Assembly: GCA_963575745.1 (NCBI GenBank)
Contig: CAUYUJ010000004.1
Coordinates: 434,001 to 498,000, forward strand
Source: Prorocentrum cordatum
Lineage: Eukaryota
DNA: 64,000 nucleotides
Direction of reading: 5' to 3'
Both the position numbers and the translations under genes were made by a program. This document shows positions 61,501 through 64,000 of this stretch, piece by piece. Below the pieces are notes generated by a model. The model was not told the DNA's origin and did not search any database. It saw only the letters and a list, made by a program, of their open reading frames with translations. Each line of letters opens with the position of its first letter. The first letter of the stretch is position 1.

Positions 61501-64000
61501 CTTGACATAGACGAGGGTCGCTTTGAGCGATTCGACATGATAGCGGCCGCCGACGCCGCCTCCGCGTACCCGACTTGTCTGTGGGGCCGGTTCGTGCTGC
61601 AAGTTCTGGCTCGCAGCCCCGCCGCGGGCGCAGGCCCGCTCGGGCACCCCGAGGATCGCCACGTGGGAGCGCCAGCCCGGGTCGACAGGGGCGACGCGAC
61701 GGCCTCCGCCGAGGCCCGCGACGCATATGAAAGCGCCGCGCCGCGCAGGGGGGCTCCTGTCTCCGTCAAGGTGCCCTCGAGCGCGGCGGCGGTGAGCTTC
61801 TCCGCGTCGCGCTGCACTCGCGCCCGTGACAGCCTGCCGGCCGCCCCTCGGGTACCAAGCCCTTCGCCGTCCCCGCCGGTAGGCATGCGCCCTTCCAGCG
61901 ATGCTGTTGCGGCCCCGCAGGGAGGGGTTCGCGCCGCCGGTGGAGGGCCAGGAGAGGGCGCGCCCGAGCGGAGGTCACGCGCCAAGAGCGACGCAATCGC
62001 CGCTGCTCGACCTGGTACGCCCAAGGGGGACGCTCACCCCGTCTCGCTTCTGTCGGAGGCGAACGGCTCGGCTCCAGCTTCGTTGGGGGGTCTTCTGGGT
62101 CGTCCGTCCGTCACGACTCAGACTCGCCACCGCCAAGATCGTGCCGCCAAACTTGTTGCCGCGCTCGATTTGCTCCACCTGGAGCGCGGTGCGACCACTG
62201 ATCGCGTGAACGCTCAGTTTCGACGGATGGGTTGGGCCTGCCATCCCGACCGCGATAAGTCGATCGAGGCCAGCAGGAAATGGCGTGCTCTCTGTGACGC
62301 CAAAGCCTTCCTCCTCGGGCCTGGGCGCGATGTTACCGGCCCCGATGCCCCGGCCTCTGGCGGCGCTACTCGCCGTGCTTTGGGCAGAGGGCTCTTGGCG
62401 GCGGGAAGGCGTGACGACGCGAACCGCTCGCGCGGGGTCGCCACTCGGGATTCGGCTCTCGACGCCTCCCTCGGTGCTCGCCTCCGCGGCATGCCGGGGG
62501 AGCGTCGGAGCGCCCCTGGCGCGTCTCCAGACGCAGAGCCGAGCGCGGTCGCTAGCTGCAGCGACCCAGGGTCGCGGGCTGCGCCACGTTGTACGGTGCA
62601 GACCCCCGCGATGCCTACTGCCGCCATGCGACGCACGCAAGCTCGCCCGGAGGCCGACCTGGGGGCCGCCCGTACCGCGGCCGCGGTGCTCCCGCCCTTT
62701 CGAGCCAGCACCCTGCCCCCCCTGCCAGGGTGCCGCGCCGACGCCCATAGCGTCGCGCCGCGCGCCAGCTCTGCACCTGCCCTGCTGGCCGGGCGCTCGC
62801 TGGGCGCAGCGGCTATGCTGCGTGCTACCCGCGAGCGGACTGCCAGTGCGGCCACCGCCGGGGCGGCACATCACAGGGCCGTGCTTCCGTGGGGCCACAG
62901 CGCAGAGCGCAGCGAGGTGTCGCCGGCTCCCAGCTTTGCCGACTCCTGCTGCGCCGGCCAGCGTGCCGACTCTTGCGCCGCCCAGCTCACCGCGTCCCGC
63001 GGCGACCAGCTCACTGACTTGCAGCCCTCCCAGCTCACCGACTCCCGCACCGACCAGCTCGCCGACTCCCGCGCCGACCAGATCGCCGACTCGCGTGCCG
63101 AGGGGCTCGCCGACGCCCGCACCGACCAGCTCGCTGACGCCTTCACCCGTTCCGACTCCCGTGCCGATCCTCTCACCGGATTAGCATTGCGCACCAGCCG
63201 GGTCGTTGGCCCGACGGCCACGGTTGCGAGGCGCGTGCGTGACGAACGGCGCGCTCTGGCGCGGTTCCGTGCCTCGGTCGATGTTCTCGACGCCGCTCTT
63301 ACCGAAGTTGAATTCGGTCGAGGCGCGGAGGCTTGGGGTCCAAGTGCAGGAGAGCTGGCTGAGCTTTTGCAGACGACACTGGCCGAGCTCGAGCGCCAGA
63401 AGGCTGCGTTGCGCATCGCCCGCTCTCGCACTGCCGAGTGCGTCAGAGGGTCCGCTTCCGCCTCGGGCTTTTCGGGTGGAGGCGCCGCCGCAGCCGCTGC
63501 CGGCGCACCCCCGAGAGCTCCCGCCACGGCTGGTAGCGCTACTTTTGCAGCTCAAGCGAAGGAGCGTGCGGATAAGCACACGGCTAGCTATCGCGACGTG
63601 GTCGAGGCTAGGGCTCATTCGGGCGCCCAGGCGTCGCATCCGCGCAAGCGCCGTGGCGTCGGGCGCCCGTGCTCTGCGGCGCCCGTCACGCCACGGACCG
63701 CCATTAGTTGCGATGAGCGCTCCCGCTCCGCAGCACCTGCCGCCACCCGCTCGGCCGCGTTTTCCGAGACGCTGTGCGCTGTTGACCGCAGGCGGCGCGA
63801 GCACTCCCCAGGACTCAGGCCTCTGATCCTGGACGGCACGGACCGCCAGCCGGAAGCCGCGCCGAGCACCGGCGAGGTCGTCGAGGCCCCCCGCGCCGAG
63901 CAACGCGGCCGCACCTCGCGTCGCAAGCGCAGGCGTGTTCGGGCTTCCGCCGGAGCGGCAGCTACCACTCCTGCCAATCCCTCTGGTCAAGAGCCGCCCG
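55534..64000 (+). CDS. DIRS-like retrotransposon polyprotein (>2,600 aa, 3' incomplete): RT, RNase H, J-domain
   Basis: Positions 1 mod 3. I found no stop after TAG 55264 in the segments translated, and the frame's absence from the ORF track fits an ORF running off the end. Candidate ATGs at 55585 and 55963. RT: GAFRVPKD..DRLILNP (59941), DDLREFYY, LAMGDNMAVE, NIDDH (60400). RNase H: TDAS (60913), HINILE, LLDSQVALGA..GRSSS, RADDPTR (61441). No tyrosine recombinase seen inside the window. Confidence 0.88.
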   Translation, partial: MLAPSLLALRRAVRTGPMPRPAVGRSLQPAPVWWSSALSTPTSAQNSSPSSFAFSPLAFGAAEQEAHLRRGVGGGPHTPQRHALRRGAAPALVSGVQSAAAPGVSAAASTQDFQPPRQRRPTEGTVAKGAPTRRPRASAAAQAMPAIPAASEPNASVFNAEAPEGCPAKITALLGREVVDEDLSYLPPTPSPCLYFATWLTCAAKHGDHFVGPACSTVGGGASLAGHTGSAAASVSWPSAGGIAAATSADDAARTAGGGCIRAPPGLDPLPPGPPVRQIGPPPGLDVLEVGSQRLSAACPRRGAAAAWSPTVVYQVRPGATASEAALPLLRTPPPPPQGRPWSGALALVEAGCSVVPPRGSSAAMSDCGLDGGSPSFSRAAPRCGSKGVGMRPASDADTAPQGGARTAPPAATAVHQPGTPPRSGPRATSALRADLHLWDLHTGSDTQGVDPPPGLSGSEAGSRVPPLVDLRAALASDGVQLFSSGSMPCTAASPLLSERFTVADGDRAASGTPLSADWHRVSGDSPSQARHLRPPSGVAVPEADVHAPPPLHRSAVGPASLRAGAARGRMWYGERAGLLPFTNLEGGVGAPAAGGPPPQSSARGACTCNAAGTQAAESTPGLVGSAAGSSGEGVAAAAAIPARPRRLSCDRIQGLAASIPARARERLLADPRGLSYSPSPLVGMRPSSDAVTAPQGGVRAAGGKSGAGSSTAVCSVRGAAFATGSSGECAAAAVATPARPRRLSCDRIQGLAASIPARARERLRADPRGLSPSPSPLVGMRPSSDAVTAPQGGVRAAGGTSGAGSSAAAATPRDAVPAFRSVRGAAFAAGSSDEGVAAVTATPARPRRRSASTNSAAALPAFRLRRVRRVRTRRGGRRGRRAVDGSCRAAHAPAHAGAAASSSDALSGASEAASGAPVQGSRRSRFNRSAREDAAAMLRFGSAPPVVVPPAAGAPPRFSASAEAAGAPSVGMCSAGDAGAAPQEGARAADGVTAEGGARAAQASGYQGGAPDEPPRLQAVGGPALDQEGSGQPRAGPADQGASYPQSVGAAHVGRVERGAGCARPPPPGRSHPAAAARRFWTERGRDGRDAQVQRGCFGAAGPRACRHGDSRSLPGASPAPPGHPGPSVGVGARPAPFAPCPFPSTSRTSTGTGRSAPFVADLSALLRLFPGASIDVTHWAAALAQVGMGTRCSLAAFTRTSFCALEWDDSYLSGSAPRDPWPCPPSPPLPPPPGHLTGRARERWRVRRAARTLSQHAVVALNWLTLGHPSFAPAEARVRETVTPCQEGVRSRLERLCRIAVRLARGGKSDLGRAFAKFDSTEVSLHGLATHVAALEASFTSSSQVPAPMRQLPVSATPLASSLAVAAGWDSTQAEPFDLRAQASRIKWDYSPTFDPTPYLSDDLVRSAFHDPDVMRLPEDEWPSGFSGARVHMDREQLWELLRKWDSCGALYLTPSDNLAWDEACGAFRVPKDEAHDRLILNPTVVNSRCSSVSSSTQRLGQGFLLCRLGLAPGEWLVVSCDDLREFYYTFKVPPARARRNALRVKLPSSRFRGFNAWRADLEGLDVSPCLNALAMGDNMAVEIANSAHEGVLRSFGALRPSEQAVHRLPFPRGPYVEMLNIDDHTGFQKLSWRGSAPRPDDPTRRDREVFAACDRGYPQVGLIQHPGKRARGETHKVVVGAEVEGRIGIVCAPLVRTVALCRLTLIQVFLGRSTRALLSSLVGCWVQVFLYRRPILSIFTHIYTFITTLPDDGLEYELPSSVRDELQACTYLAFVAMTDLRATPCPEVFGTDASLGWGGVVRSDISSHLSQELWRRSEHGGWHTRLHDRHLLMVLSRGEPLGPELTQIHREVGLPSLELPIAPRWVSELSEALRFRLAYKWEFRTPRHINILETTVFKSLCKYCCIRNPDSRIPVLLDSQVALGAAAHGRSSSPGLSHVLSTCLPYILGGGLYMGGLYVPTDVHRADDPTRNRPVRPPSRVEPAWLLDIDEGRFERFDMIAAADAASAYPTCLWGRFVLQVLARSPAAGAGPLGHPEDRHVGAPARVDRGDATASAEARDAYESAAPRRGAPVSVKVPSSAAAVSFSASRCTRARDSLPAAPRVPSPSPSPPVGMRPSSDAVAAPQGGVRAAGGGPGEGAPERRSRAKSDAIAAARPGTPKGDAHPVSLLSEANGSAPASLGGLLGRPSVTTQTRHRQDRAAKLVAALDLLHLERGATTDRVNAQFRRMGWACHPDRDKSIEASRKWRALCDAKAFLLGPGRDVTGPDAPASGGATRRALGRGLLAAGRRDDANRSRGVATRDSALDASLGARLRGMPGERRSAPGASPDAEPSAVASCSDPGSRAAPRCTVQTPAMPTAAMRRTQARPEADLGAARTAAAVLPPFRASTLPPLPGCRADAHSVAPRASSAPALLAGRSLGAAAMLRATRERTASAATAGAAHHRAVLPWGHSAERSEVSPAPSFADSCCAGQRADSCAAQLTASRGDQLTDLQPSQLTDSRTDQLADSRADQIADSRAEGLADARTDQLADAFTRSDSRADPLTGLALRTSRVVGPTATVARRVRDERRALARFRASVDVLDAALTEVEFGRGAEAWGPSAGELAELLQTTLAELERQKAALRIARSRTAECVRGSASASGFSGGGAAAAAAGAPPRAPATAGSATFAAQAKERADKHTASYRDVVEARAHSGAQASHPRKRRGVGRPCSAAPVTPRTAISCDERSRSAAPAATRSAAFSETLCAVDRRRREHSPGLRPLILDGTDRQPEAAPSTGEVVEAPRAEQRGRTSRRKRRRVRASAGAAATTPANPSGQEPP
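62149..62313 (+). other. DnaJ/J-domain within the retroelement polyprotein
   Basis: KLVAALDLLHLERGATTDRVNAQFRRMGWACHPDRDKSIEASRKWRALCDAKAFLL; HPD motif with typical helix II/III spacing. Confidence 0.85.
62941..63175 (+). repeat. 24-bp coding tandem repeat (DSRxDQLA)n
   Basis: gactcccgcrccgaccagctcgcc units, in frame. Confidence 0.8.

Larger units (their letters stand above)
49319..62881. repeat. Large duplication, copy 2
   Basis: Begins cgcctcagcccaagacgg (=37521); matches copy 1 up to cacagggccg (=49218). Confidence 0.95.

Overview
GC-rich, repeat-dense eukaryotic genomic DNA, very probably from a dinoflagellate (GC/GA/GT donors with AG|G acceptors, a spliced-leader-like motif, DNMT-bearing retroelement). 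Main contents: (1) a full-length but mutated Ty1/Copia LTR retrotransposon (2661-11861) with 150-bp AG...CT LTRs and a C5 DNA-methyltransferase domain between protease and integrase. (2) A host GT2-glycosyltransferase-like gene whose three consecutive introns each look like an introner (direct repeat plus inverted termini). (3) A decayed hAT transposase. (4) A ~12-13.5 kb block present twice around a 100-N gap, carrying a CMC/EnSpm-Plavaka-like transposase studded with CGCTGCAGCG palindromes and a DIRS-like retroelement. In the second copy the DIRS-like frame appears open for >8.4 kb to the window end and is absent from the ORF track. It encodes RT, RNase H and a DnaJ/J-domain, and carries five in-frame 54-nt structured repeats whose closing stems covary. 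The rest is satellites, microsatellites and unidentified decayed ORFs. All calls are by eye; no database searches were run.
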